A stretch of 64,000 nucleotides of DNA, taken from the NCBI GenBank assembly GCA_964019425.1, contig OZ025806.1, positions 558,001-622,000 on the forward strand, in the 5' to 3' direction. Position numbers and translations under genes: made by a program. This DNA is from Flectonema sp. DT1601 (Eukaryota). Below, piece after piece: positions 45,121-56,913 of the stretch. Position 1 is the first letter of the stretch. Every line of letters begins with the position of its first letter. The notes beneath the pieces are model-generated. The model worked only from the letters and a program-made list of their open reading frames with translations, did not search any database and was not told the origin of the DNA.

Positions 45121-47817
45121 CTTTTAATTATTTTAAAGAAAAAACAATCAGTTTAGCGTCTTGACCAGGACGGAAAATAGAAAGTGATCGACATAGTCGA
45201 TCGATAAAAAAACAATGATAACATTGTTTATTCTTTTTTTTTTTTTTTTAAATTCTTATTATTTATTTTTTAAAGAAAAAAAAACGGAAAATAAAAATTA
45301 GTCGACAAAGTCGAACGATAAAAAAAAAACAATGATAACATTGTTTATTCTTTTTTTTTTTGTTTTTTTTTTATATTCTTTTTTATTAATTTTGAAAAAA
45401 AAAACAATCAGTTTAGCGTCTTGACCAGGACGGAAAATAGAAAGTAATCGACATAGTCGATCGATAAAAAAACAATGATAACATTGTTTAATCTTTTTTT
45501 TTTTTTTAAATTCTTTTTATTTATTTTTTAAAGAAAAAAAAACGGAAAATAGAAATTAGTCGACAAAGTCGAACGGTAAAAAAACAATGATAACATTGTT
45601 TATTCTTTTTTTTTATTTTTTTTATATTTTTTTTAATTAATTTTGAAAAAAAAAACAATCAGTTTAGCGTCTTGACCAGGACGGAAAATAGAAAGCGATC
45701 GACATAGTCGATCGATAAGAAAACAATGATAATATTGTTTATTCTTTTTTTTTTATTTTAAATTCTTTTTATTTATTTTTTAAAAAGAAAAAAAAACGGA
45801 AAATAGAAATTAGTCAACAAAGTCGAACGATAAAAAAAAAAACAATGATAACATTGTTTATTCTTTTTTTTTATTTTAAATTCTTTTTATTTATTTTTTA
45901 AAGAAAAAAAAAAAAAGGAAAATAGAAATTAGTCGACAAAGTCGAACGATGAAAAAAAACAATGATAACATTGTTTATTCTTTTTTTTATTTTTTTTTTT
46001 TATTCTTTTTTATTAATTTTGAAAAAAAAAAACAATCAGTTTAGCGTCTTGACCAGGACGGAAAATAGAAATTAGTCGACAAAGTCGAACGATAAAAAAA
46101 ACAATGATAACATTGTTTATTCTTTTTTTATTTTTTTTTTATATTCTTTTTTATTAATTTTGAAAAAAAAAAAACAATCAGTTTAGCGTCTTGACCAGGA
46201 CGGAAAATAGAAAGTAATCGACATAGTCGATCGATAAAAAAAACAATGATAACATTGTTTATTCTTTTTTTTATTTTTTTTTTTTATTCTTTTTTATTAA
46301 TTTTGAAAAAAAAAAACAATCAGTTTAGCGTCTTGACCAGGACGGAAAATAGAAATTAGTCGACAAAGTCGAACGATAAAAAAAACAATGATAACATTGT
46401 TTATTCTTTTTTTATTTTGTTTTTATATTCTTTTTTATTAATTTTGAAAAAAAAAAAACAATCAGTTTAGCGTCTTGACCAGGACGGAAAATAGAAAGCG
46501 ATCGACATAGTCGATCGATAAGAAAACAATGATAATATTGTTTATTCTTTTTTTTTTATTTTAAATTCTTTTTATTTATTTTTTAAAAAGAAAAAAAAAC
46601 GGAAAATAGAAATTAGTCAACAAAGTCGAACGATAAAAAAAAAAACAATGATAACATTGTTTATTCTTTTTTTTTATTTTAAATTCTTTTTATTTATTTT
46701 TTAAAGAAAAAAAAAAAAAGGAAAATAGAAATTAGTCGACAAAGTCGAACGATGAAAAAAAACAATGATAACATTGTTTATTCTTTTTTTTATTTTTTTT
46801 TTTTATTCTTTTTTATTAATTTTGAAAAAAAAAAACAATCAGTTTAGCGTCTTGACCAGGACGGAAAATAGAAAGTAATCGACATAGTCGATCGATAAGA
46901 AAACAATGATAACATTGTGTATTCTTTTTTTTTTATTTTAAATTCTTTTTATTTATTTTTTAAAGAAAAAAACTGAAAATAGAAATTAGTCGACAAAGTC
47001 GAACGATAAAAAAAACAATGATAACATTGTTTATTCTTTTTTTTTATTTTAAATTCTTTTTATTTATTTTTTAAAGAAAAGAAACGGAAAATAGAAATTA
47101 GTCCGATAAAAAAAAAAACAATGATAACATTGTTTATTCTTTTTTTTATTTTTTTTTTTTATATTCTTTTTTATTAATTTTGAAAAAAAAAAACAATCAG
47201 TTTAGCGTCTTGACCAGGACGGAAAATAGAAATTAGTCGACAAAGTCGAACGATAAAAAAAAACAATGATAACATTGTTTATTCTTTTTTTTTTAAATTC
47301 TTTTTATTTATTTTTTAAAGGAAAAAAAACGGAAAATAGAAATTAGTCGACAAAGTCGAACGATAAAAAAACAATGATAACATTGTTTATTCTTTTTTTT
47401 TTTTTTTTATTTCTTTTTATTTATAAAAAAAAACAATCAGTTTAGCGTCTTGACCAGGACGGAAAATAGAAAGTGATCGACATAGTCGATCGATAAAAAA
47501 ACAATGATAACATTGTTTATTCTTTTTTTTATTTTAAATTCTTTTTATTTATTTTTTAAAGAAAAAAAAACGGAAAATAGAAATTAGTCGACAAAGTCGA
47601 ACGATGAAAAAAAACAATGGTAACATTGTTTATTCTTTTTTTTATTTTTTTTTTTTTTATTCTTTTTTATTAATTTTGAAAAAAAAAACAATCAGTTTAG
47701 CGTCTTGACCAGGACGGAAAATAGAAAGTAATCGACATAGTCGATCGATAAAAAAACAATGATAACATTGTTTATCCTTTTTTTTTTTTTTTACTTCTTT
47801 TTATTTATAAAAAAAAA
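44540..47817 (-). mobile_element. Family A element, long array (resumes at ~59161-59816)
   Basis: Head at 44540. Distinctive monomer variants (AAACTGAAAATAG; TTTCTTTTTATTTATAAAAAA) recur after 59160. Confidence 0.82.
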
Positions 47818-48341
47818 GGACAGCAGGGGGAAAGTTTGTTTCGTACCCCCCGGGTGCTTAGCGTCACCCTCCATGCGATGCTTGCGCAGGGAGAGCCAAG
47901 GGTCGAGAACCCTTGAGATTACCTTTGTTTCTTTTTGTGACTTTTTTTTTCGATAAAGTGAGAAGTAACGGACTGGGAGCTTTTGGCTCCTGCCCTATTC
48001 CCGATGTAAACTTTCTTTTTTTTTTTTTTTTTTTTTTTAACAGGCCCAAAGGGCGACAATGATGGTTGCTGACCAAGGAATAATATTCAAATGAATTTTC
48101 GTTTCAAAGAAACGAACAGAATTAAGAGAGAGGTAGAGAAAAAAAAAAAAAAAAAAAAAGAAAGAATAGAAAAAAAATATGAAGAGGAAATAATCAAACA
48201 TGAAAAAAAAAAAAAAAAAAATAAAATATAAATAAAAAACGTTGTATGAAAACGGAAAAAAAGAAAAAAAAAGACCAGAAAAGGAAAGAGAAAATGAAAA
48301 GGTATAATATTATTGTGGGGATATGAGGATAGCAGGGAGAT

Positions 48342-48372
<31 letters not shown>

Positions 48373-49045
48373 ATTTATTATTTAAAAAAAGGAAACAATC
48401 AGTTTAGCGTCTCGATCAGGACGGAAAATAGAAATTAATCGACATAGTCGATCGATAGAAAAAAAAACAATGATAACATTGTTTATTCTTTTTTTTTTTT
48501 TTTTTTTTTTAAATCCTTTTTATTATTTTTAAAGAAAAAACAATCAGTTTAGCGTCTTGACCAGGACGGAAAATAGAAAGTAATCGACATAGTCGATCGA
48601 TAAAAAAAAAACAATGATAACATTGTTTATTCCTTTTTTTTTTTTTTTTTTTTATTCTTTTTATTTATTTTTAAAGAAAAAACAATCAGTTTAGCGTCCT
48701 GACCAGGACGGAAAATTGAAAGTGATCGACATAGTCGATCGATAAAAAAACAATGATAACATTGTTTATTCCTTTTTTTTTTTTTTTTTTTATTCTTTTT
48801 ATTTATTTTTAAAGAAAAAACAATCAGTTTAGCGTCCTGACCAGGACGGAAAATTGAAAGTGATCGACATAGTCGATCGATAAAAAAACAATGATAACAT
48901 TGTTTATTCCTTTTTTTTTTTTTTTTTTTATTCTTTTTATTTATTTTTAAAGAAAAAACAATCAGTTTAGCGTCCTGACCAGGACGGAAAATTGAAAGTG
49001 ATCGACATAGTCGATCGATAAAAAAACAATGATAACATTGTTTAT

Positions 49046-49083
<38 letters not shown>

Positions 49084-50412
49084 TTTTAATTATTTTTTAA
49101 AGAAAAAACAATCAGTTTAGCGTCTTGACCAGGACGGAAAGTAGAAAGTGATCGACATAGTCGATCGATAAAAAACAATGATAACATTGTTTATTCTTTT
49201 TTTTTTTTTTTTTTTTTAATCCTTTTTATTATTTTAAAGAAAAAACAATCAGTTTAGCGTCTTGACCAGGACGGAAAATAGAAAGTGATCGACATAGTCG
49301 ATCGATAAAAAAACAATGATAACATTGTTTATTCTTTTTTTTTTCTTTTTTTTTTTTTTTTTTAACCTTTTAATTATTTTTTAAAGAAAAAACAATCAGT
49401 TTAGCGTCTTGACCAGGACGGAAAGTAGAAAGTGATCGACATAGTCGATCGATAAAAAACAATGATAACATTGTTTATTCTTTTTTTTTTTTTTTTTTTT
49501 TTTTTAATCCTTTTTATTATTTTAAAGAAAAAACAATCAGTTTAGCGTCTTGACCAGGACGGAAAGTAGAAAGTGATCGACATAGTCGATCGATAAAAAA
49601 CAATGATAACATTGTTTATTCTTTTTTTTTTTTTTTTTTTTTTTTTAATCCTTTTTATTATTTTAAAGAAAAAACAATCAGATTAGCGTCTTGACCAGGA
49701 CGGAAAATAGAAAGTGATCGACATAGTCGATCGATAAAAAAACAATGATAACATTGTTTATTCTTTTTTTTTTTTTTTTTTTAAATTCTTTTTATTTATT
49801 TTTAAAGAAAAAAAAAAAACGGAAAATAAAAATTAGTCGACAAAGTCGAACGATAAAAAAAAAACAATGATAACATTGTTTATTCTTTTTTTTTTTGTTT
49901 TTTTTTATATTCTTTTTTATTAATTTTGAAAAAAAACAATCAGTTTAGCGTCTTGACCAGGACGGAAAATAGAAAGAAATTGACATAGTCGATCGATAAA
50001 AAAAAACAATGATAACATTGTTTACTCTTTTTTTTTTTTTTTTTTAAATTCTTTTTATTTATTTTTTAAAAAGAAAAAAAAACGGAAAATAGAAATTAGT
50101 CAACAAAGTCGAACGATAAAAAAAAAAACAATGATAACATTGTTTATTCTTTTTTTTTTTATTTTTTTTTATATTTTGAAAAAAAAAAAAAAAAAAACAA
50201 TCAGTTTAGCGTCTTGACCAGGACGGAAAATAGAAAGTGATCGACATAGTCGATCGATAAAAAAAAACAATGATAACATTGTTTATTCTTTTTTTTTTTT
50301 TGGGAAAACCTACAGATCCACCCCCAGGTTTGGAGAAACGTACACTACGGTCACGGCCTTGTGTAGCATTTTCGACCCCAGAAGATTAAATAAAAAAAAA
50401 CTTTTTTTGCAT

Positions 50413-50484
50413 GTCACCACTGGTTTAGTGGTAGATATTTGGATTTGCATTCGCCAGGCTGCAGGTTCGAATCCGTGTCGGTCG
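50413..50484 (+). pseudogene. tRNA-like Pol III module (GCA at the anticodon position)
   Basis: A box TGGTTTAGTGG, B box GGTTCGAATCC, then a T run. Homologous to 27203-27273. Confidence 0.7.
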
Positions 50485-50726
50485 TTTTTTTTCCCCCCCC
50501 CCTTTTTTTTTGCTTCCACGTCATGTGATTTAACTGAGAACGATGCGGTGAATATCGACCAGACAGTAGACTACACAAAAAAAACAATCTTGACACAAAC
50601 AGAGAGGAAGGGTTGTGTGTGCTTCCATAAAAACACACAGTCTACAAAAAAGACATGCACGTTTTAAATCAAAACGTGAACAAAAAAGATAAAAGCTAGT
50701 AGTTAAATGTACAAAGGAGCCAGTGA

Positions 50727-52529
50727 TTATCTGATGGAATCGGGATTGCTTGAAGATGATGATGTCGACATGTCACGCTTCTTCCTCTTCCCTACAATGC
50801 GGGAAGCTCCTTCCGAAGGACCGTAGCGACAACTACGGCTGTTGTGCCCACGCCTTCTACACTTGCCACATTTATTCGGTATTGTCTCACCTGCACTGCG
50901 GATGCGAGTCTTCTTCGGCCTGCCAACACCCTTCCTCACTTCAGGTGGTAGTGTTCCATCAGATGTGGTGTCATGCGCGGGTTCAGGCTTCAGTGTGAGT
51001 TGATAGAGGCTGTCATAGGAAGTTGTCCACAGGTATGCTGGGCACACACGGCTGTCTGTCAATGTGTTTATATCCAGGTGCGCTGCAACTCTCAGAATAT
51101 GCATGCAAGGCAGGTTGTAGCGCCTGTAACTTGGACAGCTACATGTAAAGGGATGCCCTTCCTTCACAACAGAACCTGTTTGGGGTTGGTTTGGCTTGCC
51201 AACTTCAAACTCACCGTCTTCGAGGCTTGTGACTTGATACGTGAAAGCCACAGTTTCCTCACGTATCTTTTGCTCGATCGGTGGGATCGGTCTGTTGGTT
51301 GAGGTTTGTTCGGAGAATGCACCTCGCCTCTCCGCGAGCTTGTCGGTCAACCACCTTCGAGTCTGCTGGATCAGAGTTAAAACTGACCCCTCGCGTGCCG
51401 GCTTCAGCAAAGAGTTTATGCTTTCCACGGCGTTGCTGGTGTAGGTATCACACCTCGCAACATCATCTGGCCAGTAAGCATCTGCCCATCGCTTCATATC
51501 GGTGTTCTTGAGGTACCGATGGGCCTTCTTCCCGTGTTGCTGCTTAACATCCTTCAGCACCTCCACCACCTTCGTGCTGTCCGCCTTTGCCAGTTCCCAC
51601 ACTGTTTTTGTGGCTTCTTGCTTCGTCAGGCTAGTCTCCACAGCAACATTCTTAACCAGGTGGTTAATACAAATAGCGTGGTGGCGAATGGTGTCGTCCA
51701 ACGACGTGTCGGACTCCAGTCCCTTCTGCCTGTCGGAGAACAGTGTAAATCGGGATAGTCGATTTCCATACACAGCCAGTATTTTTCTGTTGTGGAGTGT
51801 CCACGACTGCAAGTCCTCCGACGCGGATATTGTGAACCCCAATGGCAGGAGCTTCCTGTTGGCGTCCAGACCCAGGGTCACCAGTAACACACCGCGAAAT
51901 GACCCATAAAGGCCACATGCGTCAGAGAAGATTACCGGTAGCAGGTAATCAATTGCCACAGGTGGCAGAAACGCCCAGAAGCAGCTGGCGAAAACCAAAT
52001 CCCTGCGTCGTTCAATGGAGAATGTCATCTCCGGATTTTTTTCTTTTAGGGCTTCGAAGTATGATTGGAGCTGCCCATACTCCGACCCTCGCTTTCCATA
52101 CACCTTCTCCTTCGCTATCGCTAACCCCTTTTCCACGGTGCCTTTCTTCACCGGAATATCCCTGAAGCTCTTCAGGTCAACTGCAGCGGCTTTAGGCCCG
52201 TAGTCTGGAAAACTACGCACCTTTTCCTCCAGCACCGATGCCACCCACTCTGCTACTCCATCCCCTTCTCTGTTGCACAAGCCAGGGGAACATGTGTGAG
52301 CTTTCACCTCCCTCACCTGGAGCTCACCTTCCTTGACTACCGCCTTCACAACATACAAGCAGTCTTCTTCATTCTTGCATACCAGGGTGGTTCGGTTGCG
52401 ATCACTCCTTTTCACCCTGAAGGTGTGGCCGTGCGTTGTTGACCACTCAAATACCCTGGCCTTCAGCGCTATGACGGTGGCAAACACTTCACCTTCCGAC
52501 ACCTGCAGTTGTGCAACGTTGTTGTTCAT
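50727..52529 (-). CDS. MULE transposase, 600 aa, intronless
   Basis: MuDR N-domain (GEVF..C...DCLY..HTC), DDE motifs FSDACGL, SDRQKGL, CINH and NAVESIN, SWIM CSC..LPCMH, knuckle CGKCRRRGHNSRSC. Confidence 0.95.
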   Translation of the reverse strand: MNNNVAQLQVSEGEVFATVIALKARVFEWSTTHGHTFRVKRSDRNRTTLVCKNEEDCLYVVKAVVKEGELQVREVKAHTCSPGLCNREGDGVAEWVASVLEEKVRSFPDYGPKAAAVDLKSFRDIPVKKGTVEKGLAIAKEKVYGKRGSEYGQLQSYFEALKEKNPEMTFSIERRRDLVFASCFWAFLPPVAIDYLLPVIFSDACGLYGSFRGVLLVTLGLDANRKLLPLGFTISASEDLQSWTLHNRKILAVYGNRLSRFTLFSDRQKGLESDTSLDDTIRHHAICINHLVKNVAVETSLTKQEATKTVWELAKADSTKVVEVLKDVKQQHGKKAHRYLKNTDMKRWADAYWPDDVARCDTYTSNAVESINSLLKPAREGSVLTLIQQTRRWLTDKLAERRGAFSEQTSTNRPIPPIEQKIREETVAFTYQVTSLEDGEFEVGKPNQPQTGSVVKEGHPFTCSCPSYRRYNLPCMHILRVAAHLDINTLTDSRVCPAYLWTTSYDSLYQLTLKPEPAHDTTSDGTLPPEVRKGVGRPKKTRIRSAGETIPNKCGKCRRRGHNSRSCRYGPSEGASRIVGKRKKRDMSTSSSSSNPDSIR

Positions 52530-52631
52530 TTGAAACTTAAGGATTAATAACTAACGGGGGGTTAAAAAAAAAAATGACGCAACCGGGACTCGAACCGACG
52601 CAGCTGGAAAAAAATTGAGCGGGGAAAAAAG

Positions 52632-52703
52632 TACCCCCGGGGGATTCGAACCCGCGACCCCCCGAATGTCAACCCGCTACCAACACCACTGTGCTATCCC
52701 GGA
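52632..52703 (-). pseudogene. tRNA-like Pol III module upstream of the transposase
   Basis: Minus strand reads TCCGGGATAGCACAGTGG..GGTTCGAATCC..TTTTTT. Homologous to 26007-26078. An extra B box GGTTCGAGTCC lies at ~52586-52596. Confidence 0.7.
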
Positions 52704-53114
52704 TTTCAAAAAATCGGCGCTCGGAATAGAGGGGCAAAGATTTTTGACACGAGCTTCACAAGGCCGTGACCGTAGTATACGTTTCTCCAAACCTGGGGGT
52801 GGATCTGTAGGTTTGCCCTTTTTTTTTTTAATCCTTTTTTTTTTTTTTAAAGAAAAAACAATCAGTTTAGCGTCTTGACCAGGACGGAAAATAGAAAGTA
52901 ATCGACATAGTCGATCGATAAAAAAAAAAACAATGATAACATTGTTTATTCTTTTTTTTTTTTTTTTAAATTCTTTTTATTTATTTTTTAAGAAAAAAAA
53001 AACGGAAAATAGAAATTAGTCGACATGGTCGAACGATAAAAAAACAATGATAACATTGTTTATTCTTTTTTTTATTTTTTTTTTTTATATTCTTTTTTAT
53101 TAATTTTGAAAAAA

Positions 53115-54900
53115 GTTGAATTTCCAGGTGAGATTTGGACTGTTAGCTTTTGGCTAAGGCCCTCCCTGAAGAGCAAGAACAAAAAAACTACTCACACCTG
53201 AAGAAAACATACACAAAGAACACACTGTAAGCTGTGTGTGTATTTTGTGTTTGTCACAACAGGAGAGAAAAGAAAGAATGTCAAGGTTGGTCACCTTGCC
53301 TATCAACGCACAACATTGGTGGTCTCTACTAGACCCTGAGTGATCCCACTGGATCTCTCATCGTTCATAGTACCCTGTGTGAAGTTATAAAATCAAAGGT
53401 AAACTATGAACTACAAATGACTTAGCCTGTTATTATAATGCCACAGGCAGGCCCTGCATTCAGCAACTATCCAGCAGTGCTTGGATGTCCTGATCTTCTT
53501 CTAAAAAAAAGAAAGAAAAACAAAACTGTAGCTGGGATCACTCAGGATCAACAGACTACCAATGCTACCTGTTGTACTTGCTCACTATGGGGGGTGATGC
53601 CAAACACCCAGAAGTACTAAACTGCTTTCCTTCTTGCTGCCCAGGAGTTTCTGACCAGAACTAATAGAAAATAAAAAGTAGATGGGAAACAATAAAAAGT
53701 AAAATGGATATAACTGAAGTTAAACAAGACAAATGAAGTAACAGACCAGAACAGAAAGAGAATTGTAATAGAAGATTACAAATAAAAAAAATGCAAGATC
53801 AACACATGATCAGGATACACCAGCAGCTAACAAACAACATAAAATTGAAGATCAGTTGCCAGAGTATTTCAACCATGGTAGAATACTCGCCTCTGGCAGG
53901 GATTATCCCAGACTTGTCCTTTAATCTAGTTGGACACCATGGCTTACAACCCTTCCAGAGGGAAGCACCATTATGACTTCTATTTTTTTTCTTCAAGAAA
54001 ATCATAAGGTGGGAACAAAGAAAAATGCTAAGAGGAACCCCCTATTAACACCTAAGACATCTAAACTGCAGCCCAGCCTATGCCCAATGCACTAACAGGT
54101 CATTCCCTCACACTCAGATCAAAAAATCAAAGTTCAGAGTGCATCTTAGCGTGAATGAGAGAATTTCCTCCCGCTTATTTTGAACAAAAGGGATAGGAGA
54201 AGGGATAGAAAACGAACATAACAATAAAATTCTAAGTGAGAAACACTTAGCAGAAACACTTAGCAGTTTTTAGGAGCTGAAAAGCAAAAAAAAAATCTAA
54301 GTGAGAAACACTTAGTAGAAACAATTTGTAGCTAATTAAGCTGAAAATAAAAAAATAAAAAATTCCTAAGTGAGAAATACTTAGCAACTTTTAGAACAAA
54401 TATTTCAGTAAATAACCTGTAATGATTAAACCATTACAAGTTTGATGCCAAAACTGACAAGGACTGAGTTGAATTTCCAGGTGAGATTTGGACTGTTAGC
54501 TTTTGGCTAAGGCCCTCCCTGAAGAGCAAGAACAAAAAAACTACTCACACCTGAAGAAAACATACACAAAGAACACACTGTAAGCTGTGTGTGTATTTTG
54601 TGTTTGTCACAACAGGAGAGAAAAGAAAGAATGTCAAGGTTGGTCACCTTGCCTATCAACGCACAACATTGGTGGTCTCTACTAGACCCTGAGTGATCCC
54701 ACTGGATCTCTCATCGTTCATAGTACCCTGTGTGAAGTTATAAAATCAAAGGTAAACTATGAACTACAAATGACTTAGCCTGTTATTATAATGCCACAGG
54801 CAGGCCCTGCATTCAGCAACTATCCAGCAGTGCTTGGATGTCCTGATCTTCTTCTAAAAAAAAGAAAGAAAAACAAAACTGTAGCTGGGATCACTCAGGA
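53115..54900 (-). mobile_element. Family C element: 1353-bp unit plus a ~430-bp partial tandem copy
   Basis: GTTGAATTTCCAGGTGAGATTTGGACTGTTAGC starts at 53115 and again at 54468. Confidence 0.88.
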
Positions 54901-56913
54901 AAATAGAAAGTAATCGACATAGTCGATCGATAAAAAAAAAAACAATGATAACATTGTTTATTCTTTTTTTTTTTTTTTTAAATTCTTTTTATTTATTTTT
55001 TAAGAAAAAAAAAACGGAAAATAGAAATTAGTCGACATGGTCGAACGATAAAAAAACAATGATAACATTGTTTATTCTTTTTTTTATTTTTTTTTTTTAT
55101 ATTCTTTTTTATTAATTTTGAAAAAAAAAAAAAAAACAATCAGTTTAGCGTCTTGACCAGGACGGAAAATAGAAAGTAATCGACATAGTCGATCGATAAA
55201 AATACAATGATAACATTGTTTAATCTTTTATAATTTTTTATTTTTTTTTTGTTTTAAAAAAAAAAAAAAAAAAACAAGCGGAATTGATCATAATGGGTGG
55301 TAGGGGTTGTTATAACTTCGTTTGAAAATTCTTCTTTTTTGATTTCTTTTTTTTTTTTTTTCTTTTTACAGGAGTTAAGATCACTTTCAGGAGACAACAC
55401 ATACACATTAACAAGAGCAGCAAGCAGAGTTGACACTATCAATTCAAATTTGAAATACCGGGAATTAATTTACAAGGAGGTATCTCAAGTGACTTGGTAT
55501 CTCTAGCGTGTCGGTATCTCTGGAGTGCTGGTATCTCGTATGTGCGTTGGTATCTCATGAGTGATGGTATCTCTTGTGCATTAGAGAAACGAAAAAGAAT
55601 GTCATGACCATGACGGAAGAATTGAGGAATTGAGTTAACATGTTCAATTTAACTTATTTAAACTTTTTTTTTTTTTAACAGACCGTAACTATTTGAAAAT
55701 AAAATGTAGATGGGAAACAGTGAAAAGTAAAATGGATGATAAAATTAAATGAGAAATATGACATAACAGACCAGATAGAGAGTATTAAAGGGAAATTGAA
55801 AAGGAAAAGAGAAACTAGGTTAACACTTATTTAAAATTAAGACCGGTTAGTCAGTTTAAGGTCTTGACTAGGACCAACAAAAAAGAAAGAAAAAAAATTA
55901 ACGATCAAGCTGAGCTGATCCTGTTTTTATTACAAATAGGGGAGCGGGAGGGATGGAAGGAATAGAGGAAAAAAAAAGAAAAGGTTGATCAATTGGATCT
56001 GATCGTCGAGAAGAAGAAATTATTTTAAAGGTTGATCGGTATAGCCGATCGTTGAGAAAAATAAACAGATATAAATAGGAATTTCGATAAGTGGGAAGTA
56101 ACGGACTGGGAGCTTTTGGCTCCTGCCCTATTCCCGACGTAAACTTTCTTTTTATTTTTTTTTTTTTTTTTTAACAGGCCCAAAGGGCAATCAGTTTAAA
56201 TTAAAAAAAGAAAAAAAGATTAACGATCAAGCTGAGCTGATCTTGTTTTTATTTAAAATTAGGGGAGCGGGAGGGATGGAAGGAATAAAGGAAAAAAAAA
56301 AAAAAAAGGTCGATCAATTGGATCTGATCGTCGAGAAGAAGAAAACAATTATTTATAAAAAAAAAGAAAAAAATGGTCGGTATAGCCGATCGTTGAGAAA
56401 AGAACAGATATAAATACAATCGGTTTTGGTGATCGACGAGTGGAGCGATCACTTGACAAGAAGGAAAAAGAAAGGACCGATTAATTGGGGCTTTGATTGT
56501 ATTCCCAAGGCATGTTTTTTTTTTTTTTTTTATTATTCAATTACATTATTATTATTTTTTTTTTTTTTTAAATTAATAATCACATTTTGTTCAAAAATAT
56601 TTCATATTAGAGTAAAAGAAAAAGAAAAAAAGAAATAAGAGAAAAAAAAAAAAAAAACCATTGCTGGCCCCCTCACCACTCATAGAGGATGAGGAGGCCA
56701 GTAAGGCGTCACTCAAATCTATGCCAAGCCTTGGGAACTTGGATTGGGGTTTAGACCATTTATAATTAACAATTAACAATTAACCTGATTAACGTTATGA
56801 TCTGACGGACATAAACATATCGATAAAATAATACAAACAAAAACGAACAATAAATAATAAATAAGCTAAAAAACTAAATAAACAAAGTGATGTGAAAGTA
56901 AGGAAAAAGAGAA

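Larger units (their letters stand above)
50302..52818 (-). mobile_element. Autonomous-looking Mutator transposon with tRNA-like subterminal modules
   Basis: ~60-bp TIRs GGGAAAACCTACAGATCCACCCCCAGG... Inserted in a poly-T tract. Intact transposase ORF inside. Confidence 0.93.
47948..55254 (-). mobile_element. Family A element with array, hosting a MULE and family C
   Basis: Head TTCGATAAAGTGAGAAGTAACGG at ~47948. Arrays at ~48395-50301, 52819-53114 and 54901-55254. Confidence 0.82.

Noticed and set aside
44995..50301. Palindromic repeats with variable linkers resembling a CRISPR array
   Set aside because: The linkers are only poly-A/T length variants, not unique spacers. There are no cas genes and the context is eukaryotic.
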